Positions 24,503-36,630 of a DNA stretch of 64,000 nucleotides are shown piece by piece. The notes beneath the pieces were generated by a model that searched no databases, had not been told where the DNA came from, and worked only from the letters and a program-made list of their open reading frames with translations. The position numbers and the translations under genes are program-made. The stretch comes from Microthyrium microscopicum. Its lineage: Eukaryota. The stretch is taken from the NCBI GenBank assembly GCA_010405405.1, contig MU004243.1, positions 367,340 to 431,339 of the forward strand. The letters run 5' to 3'. Numbering within the stretch: the first letter of the stretch is position 1; the number at the start of each line of letters is the position of its first letter.

Positions 24503-25576
24503 ATGATCCGCTCTTCGCCTACGACCACCCGCCTCCTGTCCGCTCTACGCCATCAATCACCCCGAAGCTCCTTTCGCGTTTCCCATGCACCAGCTCCTAG
24601 ACGATTCGCATCTACATCTCCAGCTTCAGCACCAAGCTCATGGCGTTCCTTTTTCGTACGACTCGGCCTAGCTGGTGGTGTGATATACTACTACAACACC
24701 AGCCCGGTATTCTCCAATGAGCCAGCCAGTATGTTGTCTCTTTGTCTCATCATACATCACAAAACTCCAGTTTACTAATCCCACTTTAGTGCTCCATATG
24801 GGCCCCGAGTCATCAGAATCTTCCCTTCCCACTCTAGAATCCATCGCTGCAAAAAAGCGCCAACAAACTCGCCAGGCGCAGACCGCCTCTTCTTCTGCAC
24901 TTGCACAGCCTGAATCAGCCAGTGGCATCTCCGATGGCGGCCCGCCTTTGGGTAGCGAAACACCGATAGGAGATCCTAGTGCGCTTGAGGATGAGGCTGG
25001 GCAACAGGGCGCGTTTAATCCAGAGACTGGCGAAATCAACTGGGACTGCCCATGCCTGGGAGGTATGGCACATGGGCCTTGTGGCGAAGAGTTCAAGGCT
25101 GCGTTTAGCTGTTTTGTGTACAGTGAAAACGAACCAAAAGGCATGGAGTGTGTAGACAAATTCAAGTACGTTTTCAATCTCGATTGTCAAGAGCAAAGCT
25201 AACATGACATAGGGGTATGCAGGATTGTTTTAGAGCGCACCCAGACGTGTATGGCGCGGAATTAGAGGATGATGAGGAAGCAGCAGATGCATCCGTTGAT
25301 CATGAAAAAGATAAAAAGACTGAGGGAGACGAAAATTCAAAGTCGAAAGATACAAAAAGTGTAGTGGATAAACCAGCGGCCGCGCCGGCTCCACTTGAAA
25401 GACCAAGTAAAACTACCCCAGAATCATCTGAAGATCGATCTATTCAAACGGTAGCCAAGGATGGTTTAAATGATGCATTGAAAAGCGCCAAGGAGTCTGT
25501 CACATCAGTTACTGACAGCGCAAAGGCCGAAGCGAGAGATTTTGCGCAAAAGTCGTCCGATAAATCCATGAAATGA
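24503..25576 (+). CDS. MIA40: Mitochondrial intermembrane space import oxidoreductase Mia40, 3 exons
   Basis: Presequence and TM anchor, then [39 protein letters not shown]...[17 protein letters not shown] (CPC plus twin CX9C). Confidence 0.95.
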
Positions 25577-25909
25577 GTCTGGAGCTGGCTTAATTCTCGA
25601 GCTTATGTATTGCCAGGCCTGAGAAATGATGGCATGGCTGTAAATTATGTACATTTAGTGTAATTGCAAGATATAGACTGGATCCAAGGGAAGACGAATA
25701 GCAGGATCCTCGAAAGATCTCTACTCTATCATGTGAAACATGAGGCAGGGTATATTCCTAGAGTGGAAAGTTGATTACTACATAATACCGTGAAACTGCC
25801 ATGAGCTTAAACGGTATGCTTCAATCAAAGCGCCAATGTACCATAATACCGATGCAAACAAAAGACATGTGCCGACCGCTCATCGTCGCCTATCAACTTC
25901 GCTGAACGA

Positions 25910-26541
25910 TTACTTCTTTGGTGGGTATTTCTGGAACAGATATCTGCTTTGAGTTAGTAAAGCTTTAACCTCTAGAAATCACCGTTACTTACTGGGTAGC
26001 ATAAAAGTCCGCAACGCCAAATACACCCAAGATTGCGGCACCAAATCCGACAACCTTCCATGTCAATTCGCCTACGCGATACTTGGTGTACGCGCCGTAT
26101 CCCAATGCTCCAAAAAGAGCTACAGACAACAAGGTATTTCCGATGACGACGGGGTTGTCTGCATTGTCGCGCACACGATTGCCGCCGGTCCGGGCCTGGT
26201 CTCGGAGCGACTTGGCCTTTGCCTTAGCCTTTGCTTCTGCTTGTCGGGCCTTGTCTTCGGTTTCGCGCTCAATGCGATCGGCTTGCGTGCTGGTCTTGAT
26301 GTCTTGCGACTCAAAGTTGCTGGGGACTGACGAGATGTGCGGGGAGTCCACGTCAACAAGCGAGCTGGTGGAAGTGGATTCGGTGTTCACGAGTTCAGGA
26401 ACTGGGTTGGCCCGAGCCTGTAGCGGGTTAGACGAAGCTCTTGAGAGGAACCGACGGAATGTGCCAAAGCTGGCATGGGAGAAGACTTACCTCTTCAGGA
26501 GTCTGCTCAGAATTCTTGGCGGCAATATCAGCGTACGACAT
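25910..26541 (-). CDS. Mitochondrial outer membrane protein OM14-like, 3 exons
   Basis: MSYADIAAKN...STSSLVDVDSPHISSVP...IKTSTQA...NPVVIGN plus two hydrophobic segments, ending YLFQKYPPKK. Introns at about 26418..26490 and 25944..25991. Confidence 0.7.
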
Positions 26542-27296
26542 GTTGGGCGGGAATTGAGATAATTGTGAGAGGGTATGTGGGCGAAGAAGGTGAGGAGGAA
26601 GAATCTGTTATCGTAGAAGCCTTAGACTATCAAGACAAGATCATGAGACACATGCCAAGACAGACCTTGGTGGAGGTTGGTCGTTATTCCTGCTGCAAAA
26701 TTCGCCTGCGTCATTGTCTTGGCACTTGGTGCACGGACTGTTGACTTTTCCCCCAACACCAAACTTGGTATCGCGAAGCCCCTTTTCCTTTGCTTTCCCA
26801 TACTTCATGATTACTTCTCCATCAGGCTGTGCTTTGAGCAGAGCACATACCATTATTTTGCTCGTATTACACTCTTTCTGATCCCTTGCTCCAACTTTGT
26901 TTATGCAATCGTCCTATACATGCGCTTGAAGTGCACATGGTGAGCCATGAGTCTCATACAACTTCTAGCAGCTTGTATACCTAGGTTGAGTATGATTGAA
27001 AATGATTGACATAAATCAAAAGCGTGCTTTATGCGTAGTAATCTGCCTTGAAGCGAGAATGAAGAGGCAAGATTCCGGGCGTACGAGGTCTTGGTAAAAT
27101 AATCTTGTGAAATCTACTAAACTTAGAGCGCAAGATCCGATGGTAACAGCCTTGTCAGGTTGCATCTCATCCTTAGATCTTCTCCTAGCTATTCAGTCAT
27201 TGAAAGTTCAGCAGCTATCGATGACGTAAATATATAACTTGGACTGTGTCTGGCTTAATAACTGTCTCATAGTTTCATCTTCTTCCTCTATTTACA

Positions 27297-28199
27297 ATGG
27301 CATTTCAGAGTCTTCGAGCTCGAATGCAGCATCTATCTAATCGAGAACTGCGAGTAATAGACCATGTTCATCTTTGGTTGAATGTTCTACTTTTCATCTG
27401 TTTGCTTGCTATATTTTTCACACTAGGTTTGGATATGCTCTTATTCCGCCTTTTCCATCGTGGATGGCAGAATGCGCACTTGACAGGGATAGCTGCGATC
27501 ATGGCTTGCTCCTATCATACAAAGTCCTTGATCCTTTGTGACAATGCTAACGCGACGACTAGATCACCGTGGTACTTGTCTATGCTTGCGGTTCTTGTTG
27601 CTGTCTGTGCGGTGTGAAATGTAGGAATCGAGTAGACGAGAGAGGTTATCTCACTGGTATACAAGACATAGTTATATTGTTTCCAATGTACTTGGCACTT
27701 GTTGTCCTCTTCGGCCTTGAGGGACTTCCTGTCTCTTGTCAAAAGGTTATGTACTACGATGATTCGGAGCATCATGGCAAGCGAAGCGTGACTACACGAT
27801 CCCTTAACTTCACTGACTGTGGCGGATTTATGGGGGTATTCTATCCTGCACAGAGTGGGCAAAAGTTATAACTCTTGCGGGCCATCGCCCGCGGACATGG
27901 TTCAGACGTTCAGCTCCGCATGCGTAATACTGCAGGGAGGATATGCCACGGTACTTGTTGCGTTGTATGGGCGCAATTCAAACTCTCAAAAACGCGATCG
28001 GTTAACCAGATACATATCTTGCAGAGGACTTCTCATACCAATTGCAACCGCATCTTGGACAGTGGCTCATAACCGTTTGCGCCATACAGTTGTACCTGCT
28101 CATGGGGATCAGTCTATGCTCGATCGTTCAGAAACTACAAATGTAGTCCTGCCAGGAGGAGAGCCGGAAGGAATAGAACGAATACGAGCAATACACTAA
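27297..28199 (+). CDS. Hypothetical multi-TM (about 4 helices) membrane protein, multi-exon
   Basis: Hydrophobic segments are spread over three frames and separated by intron-like sequences with branch points. The first donor appears non-canonical, so the model is uncertain. Confidence 0.45.
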
Positions 28200-28998
28200 C
28201 ATGTCTACCCCATTGCTACAATTGAATGAAAGAACAATACCATGAAAAGTATTAATCTTAATGTTTTTGTTTCTTTTGCACGTTGTTGAACTCGTACCTT
28301 GTAAACCATTGAAGCATATTTCGACATGAACAGTCACGTTTTGCGTGCTTTAGAATAGCAAGGATATAAATTTGTTCTGTCTCAATAAACGTGTTTCAAA
28401 CTTATTACCTTGCCATATTCAATCAAAGCTTCTAGATCAACCTATAGAAACAATTCAGTACCTCCGAGAAACTGGCCGAATAGTCTCAAAAACAGCTCTT
28501 GAGACTCGCTAAACAGCTGCTTCAAACAGTTTGTTGTTTACTCCATGGTTCATGAATATTCTCAGCGAATCAACAGTCGTCTTCTACAACATGTGGAAGC
28601 CCCAATTGGTCGCGTACAATTAATGAAAAAGAGACTCGGCCGGATTGACCTACTTACCAGTAGATACTTCGAAAGGCAACTGCAACAGATTAATAACCTA
28701 CGACCTTGGCTCCTATCTAGAGACCATGACGGGTTAAATGGAATTCCAACCCCTGGTTTTAAGGATTCCGAATTGCTGACTAACGCCCTGCAACCGCAAA
28801 GGGGTGGTTCGCAGCATCTCCACCTCCAACTTTTTCTCCACTTTCGAACACTCTTGAGTCTTGCCGGATTGTGGGACAAGAGATAACGTTTCTCAAGGTT
28901 TCAAGATGATCCGCGGCTTTTTAGCCTGCGCAAACCATTAATCAAGGAGACTTTTGGTGAAATTTGACATGACGCCGACGCGCACGCATGCAGAGGGC

Positions 28999-31421
28999 AT
29001 GCCCCACAGGAAGCTTGCTTGTCAAGTTTGTGGCACTGTTTACGCCAAAAAAGAACATTTAGAGGCAAGTCATTTTCAAGCAACATTTTCAAGCCATATC
29101 AGTGTTAACTGGTCACCAGAGGCACACCCGAATACGTAAGACTCGGCCCATGATTTAAGGTGACGCCAATGCTTACCATGTTATGCCCATCGCAGATACT
29201 GGTGATAAGCCATTTTCTTGTTCGATATGCGGACGAGCCTTTAGCCGTCAGGACTCTTTGGCACGACACAAAGGTCTGCATCAACGCCAGCGGCCTGGTC
29301 GAGCCCCAAGCAAATCTTCCCAGGAAAGGACGACGCGTGAGAGGGATCTCCCTCAGCCTTCAGTTGCTCAAAATCCTTTGAATAAGCAGATTCGTAGCAC
29401 GCCTTCAGCTACTACAGACTTCAATTCGATCTCCTCCGAAGGTGGAAATATCGGATTGAACAGAACTCCAATTCCAGATCCACAGCTGATGTGGCCCGAC
29501 TTGGAACACCTGTATCAAAGTGTGATAAGCTATGATACTCCAACACAACCTCAACCAGAGTTAGATCCGTTACAGTTTCCTACGACTGAGCCGGGCCATT
29601 TTGGAGTTGCCTTGCATGGATTCCATTCATCCGCAGGAATTTTAGACCAGAACGGTGGACTCATCACTCAACAAAGACCGCAGGCTGTACATTATGTTAG
29701 CCGTATGGTATCGGCCGCAGTATGTCTAAGTTGCTCTCGTAGGATAGATTTGTGATCGATTACTAAAACTTCGCAGTCAGAACAAGTCAACGAAGAAATC
29801 AACGCTTCTTCAATAACTTCCAGATTCTTCGATGAGTGCTTACATATGTACTTTACACGCTTTAATCGAACATTCCCAATTCTTCATCAGCCAACCTTTG
29901 TACTAAATGACTGCACACACCCACTCTTATTGAATGCAATTGCATTAGGCTCACTATATCTCGGAACTCCCGATGCTGTCGCGAAAGTGCGTTTGAGCAA
30001 CTGTTCCTCGATCATATAAATAGATTTTAACGATAATATTAGGGCGAAGCATTATGGCGACTGGCACACACGGCCGTTGCAACATCCTGGCAAAGCTTGA
30101 TTCAACATCGTGGGCAGTACGATTCGTGCAGTGGCATTCAGTTGGTGCTGACAGCACTTCTTGGGCAAACTTATGCCTATTTGTCCCGAGTAAGTACTGG
30201 TATTGGCTACTATTGAGACCATACTGACTGCTCCAGAATCGTGCCCTCAGAACTACTGGTCATGTTTTCCACTCCCTTGGCTTTTTCTGGGCGAGACATA
30301 CAGGAATGTTGGACGTACCGCCGATAATCCTTCAAGAGGTACCTTCGAAAGATGCCCCAAGAGCTGAAAAAACACATCGATGGCAAATATGGGCTGCCAA
30401 CGAGATACAGAGACGAGCCATTCTAGGTCACTACATACTTGACGGGCAAATTGCGACTTTAGCCTGCAATCCAACAACCGAAAGACATGCGTCCAACAAG
30501 CTTACGTTTCCCATTGACGAGGATGCATTCGCAGCAGAAACAGTGGAAGAGTGGCTGTCAAAAATGAAAGTAGACGAGCTAGGACGTGACAACAGCTTCA
30601 GCGCGTTGTTCGTCAGGCTATTCTCGCCGAATGCCGATTATACGGCCATCACTCAGCAAGCCACTCCGATATCACTGAGAGTTATTTTAGAGGGCATACA
30701 GTCCATTGCACAAGAGTCTCGAGGTTCACCAACCTCTATTCTGGGTGTTCCTTCTGCTGAAGATATCAAGTTTGCCTTGAGTAAGACATTTGATATAATC
30801 ACAACAAGTCCACAAGTTCCAGAAATTGATAGACTGGAAGCAATCGTGAGGTGGCACGGGATCTGTTTGGATTTTGAGGTGGATGCAGCCGCAATGTGTC
30901 GAGCCTTGTGTGCCCAATACGGCGTTCCGCAAAATATATTCCATGGGGGTGTCCCTCTTAGGTATTTCCAGACAGATCTGAGAACATGGGCGCGGACCAA
31001 GAGTGCACGCAAGGCGCTTCTCCACGCAATAACAATGGTGGAGATTATCGAACAATTACCTCAAGGGCGTTCTAATGATATACACCTTCCCGCATCCTTA
31101 TTTGCAGCTGCAACGGTTTATACGGCGTTTTCTCTTGGAGGGGAATCTACCGTCGTTCTTCCTACAATCATTCCTTGGAGAGATGTGGATTCTGTGGGGA
31201 ATGGTACAGAAAGCATGGAACAGCCGCTGCACGACAGCATACATACCTTGGACAAGTATCTTAATCAGCTTCCTCTGACCAATAGTATTCTCACTCGGAG
31301 AAAAAACCTGCTATACGAATTAGGCTTTGTACCAAAGATGTTGCGGTGCATCGCGGAGCAGTGGGGAATTGCCTATGAGATGGCAGCAATCGTGGACCGG
31401 TGGGTCGCGACTTTTCGGTAG
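28999..31421 (+). CDS. C2H2 zinc-finger transcription factor with fungal MHR (Fungal_trans) domain, multi-exon
   Basis: Spliced CQVCGTVYAKKEHLERHTRIH-TGDKPFSCSICGRAFSRQDSLARHKGLH, then YFTRFNRTFPILHQPTF, LLLNAIALGSLY and WAANEIQRRAILGHYILD. Confidence 0.9.
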
Positions 31422-32102
31422 GTTACTCAAGTAGCCTGTGTATAAATATTTCAGATCCTGTCAAACAATCAAATAAAGCCAGCTTGGCTTTCCCTACCCA
31501 AATCATACAAGCGTTTATAGGCGTAGAAACAGTTAGACACGGAACACCCGAGCTACTCTGGGAGTCTGGGGATACTCTCTCGCATTTGGTGCAAAAGGAG
31601 AAGAGCGATTAAAACAAAATCTCCAATCCCCACAATCTCCACAACAAGCTAATGATGATTACCAGTACATACGGTGGATATATTTAGGCCTTGATGCACC
31701 GTTGGGTTGAATATATGTTCAAGCTCTCGATATGCTGTGAATTCGATATTAGTATTGATACGTCAGGTCAACAATTGAAGCCCTCGGGCAGATGCCAGCC
31801 TCTTGTTCAGGCTATGTTTTTTGATCAGTAAGGTTATGCGTCCTCATAAAGGAGAAAGGCGCAGAACCCCTTGAATTTATTGGCTTTTAAGATCGCCATT
31901 CTAACATCATTGTGTGTAGTAGGGTAACAATACATAGGTAAGTACTTCTTATTGTCAACCGGTTTACCTACAGGTACTACCCACAGGTAGCACCAAGAAT
32001 TTTAGATATTATTAGCTTGTGGAAAAATCTCTTTCACTGCTTGGCATATTAAATAATACGCATCGAAATGTGGTATGTACAATTTCTCCGTGAGATTAGA
32101 AG

Positions 32103-32822
32103 CTAGATGTTGGCTGCACCAGCTTTTGAGTACTTCTTATATAATTCTGGTAACTGGCTTCCCAAGATTGACATTTCTTCAGATGCATGCTGTAGCAAAC
32201 CGCGGGCAAGGGAGGGATCAATTAGCTTTGCACGCTCTTCTACCGTTGTCCAGAGCGGTTGGCCGTCAATAGGCTCGAGATCACCTAGCCAGAACCTTGA
32301 ACGCATTCGGCAGCCATCAGCAGTATCCTGCACGAGATGTATAAGATGTCCGAGCCGCATCCTCCCCCCAGATTCATCGTCCCATGCATTGACAGTACCG
32401 CAAACAGCGGTGGAGTAATTGTTGATCTTGAACTCTTCTTTCCAGTTAGCACCAAAATAGGATCCAGGATCTAGAAATGAGATTGCCAAACTCGACGTCT
32501 GAGGTCCAATTTGTTCTTTCACAAGATGTGTTCCTCCAATGTAGGTCGAGTTGTTATCCCTTGGGCCATCCCAATCGCTAAAGAAGTGATCTCTTGGATG
32601 CCACCACTTGTATTGTTCTGTTGTGTGGATGAAGCCAAACCACCAATCGATCATTTTGCCGGAGGCGCCTTTCATGTATGTGTGCGCCGCAACATGGTGC
32701 ATCCCATCAGAAGTGACGGCATAACCCGCTTCGAAGGGCAAGTAATCATTGGACAGTAGTAAATTGGCGTCTCTGAGGAGGATTGGGTGGGCCTGGCCCA
32801 AAGGTTCATAGTTGGTAGCCAT
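32103..32822 (-). CDS. PhlG-family C-C hydrolase (2,4-diacetylphloroglucinol / phloretin hydrolase-like)
   Basis: YLPFEAGY...DG...VAAHTYMKGASGKMIDWWFG...YKWWHPRDH...GGTHLVKEQIG...GHLIHLV...GCRMRSRFWLG...LLQHASEEMSIL..LPELY, matching the PhlG pattern including H/E/H..E metal-ligand positions. Intronless. Confidence 0.85.
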   Translation of the reverse strand: MATNYEPLGQAHPILLRDANLLLSNDYLPFEAGYAVTSDGMHHVAAHTYMKGASGKMIDWWFGFIHTTEQYKWWHPRDHFFSDWDGPRDNNSTYIGGTHLVKEQIGPQTSSLAISFLDPGSYFGANWKEEFKINNYSTAVCGTVNAWDDESGGRMRLGHLIHLVQDTADGCRMRSRFWLGDLEPIDGQPLWTTVEERAKLIDPSLARGLLQHASEEMSILGSQLPELYKKYSKAGAANI

Positions 32823-33550
32823 ACTGTAGAACAAGTGAGGTTGAATTTGGATTTAATGTGAAGTTTAGTCCGGCGAGATGAACCAGTGACAGGGACGGAT
32901 GTATATTATAAAGGCCAAACAGACGTATGCGATACCGAACAACGTACACAAGCACATGCCGCTCTCATGCCTGCCATCCAATGGCGTCCTTACGTTCTTA
33001 AGAATAGGGCAAATCGGAACGGCGCCCGTTCGTATCAATTCATTGAATAGTTACTTAGCGTCGGCTACCTCGTAGAAAGAATCACTGTTCTCTACTTTTT
33101 TGAATAATGGCTTTAATTTAGTGTGATACTATCTACGCCGCAGTCTGACGAGCAAAGAATCTACTTTGTGTCGAACACTGTAAGATTAATCCCTCGCACA
33201 TAAGCAGACGAAACAAATTCTTAAAAGCACGTCTAATAGAGTGGAAAGTCACAAAAGATTGCCAACCAAGTACAGTAGGGATGCTAAGGCAACTATCGTG
33301 ATGAATGGAGCGTAGCAATGGCTCTGTCGAGCATACTTGTATCAGCTGTTGTAAACGACTCCGAGATACAATATTCTCTTCATAGCGGAAGGCGACTCAA
33401 GAGAGCCTGTCTTGACGTTAGTCGAATTACAAGAGAAAGACTCCATGTGGAGAACATCTCGATGGCGGTATCAGAAAAGTATTGATTAGAACATTGAAAA
33501 GAAAAGACTACTAATTATACGTCTGACCGGATTTTCTGGGTACAATTGCC

Positions 33551-34144
33551 TTATAATTTGGATCTAGTATGCTCTAGCAAAAGTGGTATGTTATCCTTGA
33601 GATATTCTACAACAGCATCCGGGCCCTTTTCAACCTGTATGTACCTGTCAACAATAGTTGCACTACGAGTATTCACAACCTACTTGCAACCCTTGAGGAA
33701 TAGAGTGGGTTTTGATATTCGGCACGATGCTCTTCGCTTCCGCAATGATTGACTGAGCCTGCTCGGGTGTCCACATTGATGCAGTGAACTACATGCGTTC
33801 AGTAATAGTCTAGGATCTTGATGAGGCATTTTAGGACACTGACTAGAAGTTCAGGCTTCTCCTTCTGAATTATTCCACGAACCTTAGAGTATTAGTATGT
33901 GGCCATGATTGTATCGGCCGCTCAAATGACCTATAGCAAATGACACACACTCTGCTTGTACATCAAATGTAAATATTCTTGCGGAGAAACTTACTGCTTG
34001 CATACTGTCGGCATTTCCTGCATGGATAATCGTATAGCTTTCTTTTAGATCCTCAACCACCCTCCCAATAAGTCTTTTTGCTCTTTCCGGGGCTGTATTT
34101 ACCGTAACAAGGCGGAAGGGTCCAAGAGGTTTGGAGATCGTCAT
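33551..34144 (-). CDS. Small conserved fungal alpha/beta protein of unknown function, multi-exon
   Basis: MTISKPLGPFRLVTVNTAPERAKRLIGRVVEDLKESYTIIHAGNA...FTASMWTPEQAQSIIAEAKSIVPNIKTHSIPQGLQV...GPDAVVEYLKDNIPLLL, joined across GT-AG introns. Confidence 0.75.
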
Positions 34145-34318
34145 AACGACAGAACGTACAATGTGTGGAGAAAACCAGTTTCAAGTCAACGTATTCTACC
34201 TTGGGCTTTGTAACATTTTTTTCCAGCTTGAGTCGGCACTTCCGCCAGAGCCGATCAGTTTATGGGCTAAGGAATCGTCAAGGCTTTCCCGAGATATTCC
34301 TTTCTATATTCTTCATTG

Positions 34319-34343
34319 CCCCACAATCTCCACAATGCCCCAC
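34319..34343. promoter_or_regulatory. Clustered SYGGRG-type C2H2 binding sites (CCCCAC/CTCCAC/CCCCAC) in a divergent promoter
   Basis: CCCCACAATCTCCACAATGCCCCAC lies between the divergent starts at 34144 and about 34640. It is the reverse complement of CreA/AmdX-type SYGGRG sites. Confidence 0.45.
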
Positions 34344-34639
34344 GGACGGTTCACCTCATGAGGCTCTTTTTGAGCTTAGGTCAAGTTGGAATAGGTTGTA
34401 TCCATGTCTGGACCAAAATCGGCTCATTCGGATTGGAGCATGGACTTCGTTGTAGTCTGTTTTTAACTTTTCAGATGTCATATTCGATATGGGTCTCGGG
34501 TGATATGGTGGATATATGGTATTGCGAACGATATTTCTAATGAGTAGGGTAGATAATAGAGCCTTGTCCATGTATTTGACTAGCAGCAAGTTTTGAAGTA
34601 CCTTTTCTCCTATGATAATTTACGATTGACGAATGTTAG

Positions 34640-36587
34640 ATGAAGAATGAAATGGGAAACACTGGAAGCAAATGGCTTTCAGGTTGGCTGGGACTGAATC
34701 ACGAAGAGGCCGAGAAGAATAAGCCAGTTCAGGACATCCCTATCTTAATCATCGGTGGTGGCCCGACTGGGCTGTTGCTCGCACATCTCCTGTCAGAGTT
34801 GAAAAGTATGATATACCTACCTAGTCAGCTCATTAGCTCCTGAGACATTAACGCAAAGTTAGTAAAATCTCTGGTCGTCGAAAGATATCCGCATAGACTT
34901 GGAGCTCCCAAAGCACATGCACTATCGCCGAGGTCACTGGAGATTTGCCGTCAGTCAAATCTAGACGTTAGAAAGATAAGAACCTTGGGAACATCCAGAA
35001 AAGATGCTTTCTGGGTCAATTTTGTCACCAGTCTCAGCGGAGAGAGAATTGGTGTTCTTCCCTACGAACGAATGGACACTAAGGTCTTGGAAGTTACTCC
35101 TGAAATGATTCACAATATACCACAACCAGACTTTGAAGAGTTCTTGAGCGAGAACCTGACCCACAGCGAGTATGCGGAAATCCGGAAAGGCGCCTCCTTC
35201 GTTGCATTGAACCAGTCACCTGGATCAAAGACAGTTATGACCACGGTTGAAGAGCGCAAGACTGGAAGACAGTATCAAATACAATCGCGCCATGTTATCG
35301 CCTGCGACGGAGCTCGGAGTAAAGTCAGAGCCTTCCTAGGCATTGAGAGCGAAGGAGAAGAGACCTACGACACCATGATGACTATACATTTCAATGCCGA
35401 TCTGCGACACATACTAGGAGACAGAGTTGGTATGCTCCATTGGGTTATGGATCCCGAAGTGTCGGGATTTGTGATTGGATACGATCTATCTGGCAATCAA
35501 GTTCTTATCTGTAATTTTGATCCAAGGACAATACCGTTAGAAGATTGGAATGAGCAACGATGTCGTCAAATAGTAGATAAGGCCATAGGAAAGCAGATCA
35601 CTTACGATATTCTTGGCTTCAGACCCTGGACTCTCAGCCGAAAGGTTGCTAAGGATTACCGAAAAGGCAATGTACTTCTGGCTGGAGATGCTGCCCATGC
35701 TTTTCCACCAACAGGTGGACTCGGGCTGAACTCAGGGCTCGGCGACGTTCATAATCTTGCATACAAACTGGCGGGTGTACATAAAGGCTGGGCATCAGAG
35801 TTCATTCTTGATTCTTATCAGTCAGATCGCCAAATGGTTGCGAACGTGAATGCCCAACAAAGCGTGGAGAATGGTAAGCGGATATTCGGACTTCTGAAGT
35901 CGATAGGGACTGCAGGAATCAAAAACCCAGTTGATGCGCGGGCAAACTTGATGAAGACCATACATGATCCCACTAAACAACAAGAGATACAGGAGCAGAT
36001 CGAAGCCCAAAGAGAGCATTTTGACAATGTAGGCATTGCTCTTACTTCTTGAAAGCTCAATCTAACATTTCTTCCAGCTCGAACTTCATATTGGCTACGT
36101 CTATGATAGTAAAACAATTCCACCTCACGCCTCTAATTACACTAGGAAATGGGTCAAGGGAGCAGTATTCCCTCACACATGGATCTCTCTTCGGCAGTAT
36201 TCCTGTCACTTTCCCAAAGATCCTGTTGATGTTTCCTATGTGGACGAGTTCTCTGAGCCCGACATTCAATCAAGGAAGTTCTCAACCTTGGACCTACTGG
36301 CATTGGATAGCTTTACGATGATCGCAGGTCCGGGCATAGATTGGAAGAGGAAAATTAGGGCGTTGCACCGTGTACTGCCAAAGGTCGCCCCAAAGGTACG
36401 AATATTCTGTTTGGATGAAGATTTTGAGCTCAGCACTTCGTCTGATGTGCAGTGGGCCCGAGAGTCTGGGCTACGTGATGGACGGGCATATCTGATCAGA
36501 CCAGATCAGCACATATTGGCATGCTTCGACCAAAGCACGACGGAGGTGGGGATTTCAAAGGCTCTAAGAAGTCATGTTGGTCTTTAG
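34640..36587 (+). CDS. FAD-dependent phenol monooxygenase (2,4-dichlorophenol 6-monooxygenase-like, FAD_binding_3), 3 exons
   Basis: ILIIGGGPTGL (GxGxxG), PKAHALSPRSLEI, VIACDGARSKVR, LAGDAAHAFPPTGGLGLNSGLGDVHNLAYKL and a C-terminal LIRPDQH. Introns about 34806..34862 and 36029..36077. Confidence 0.92.
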
Positions 36588-36630
36588 TTCATCTGCTGGA
36601 CAGCAATAGATATCAAAATATAGGCTGCAT

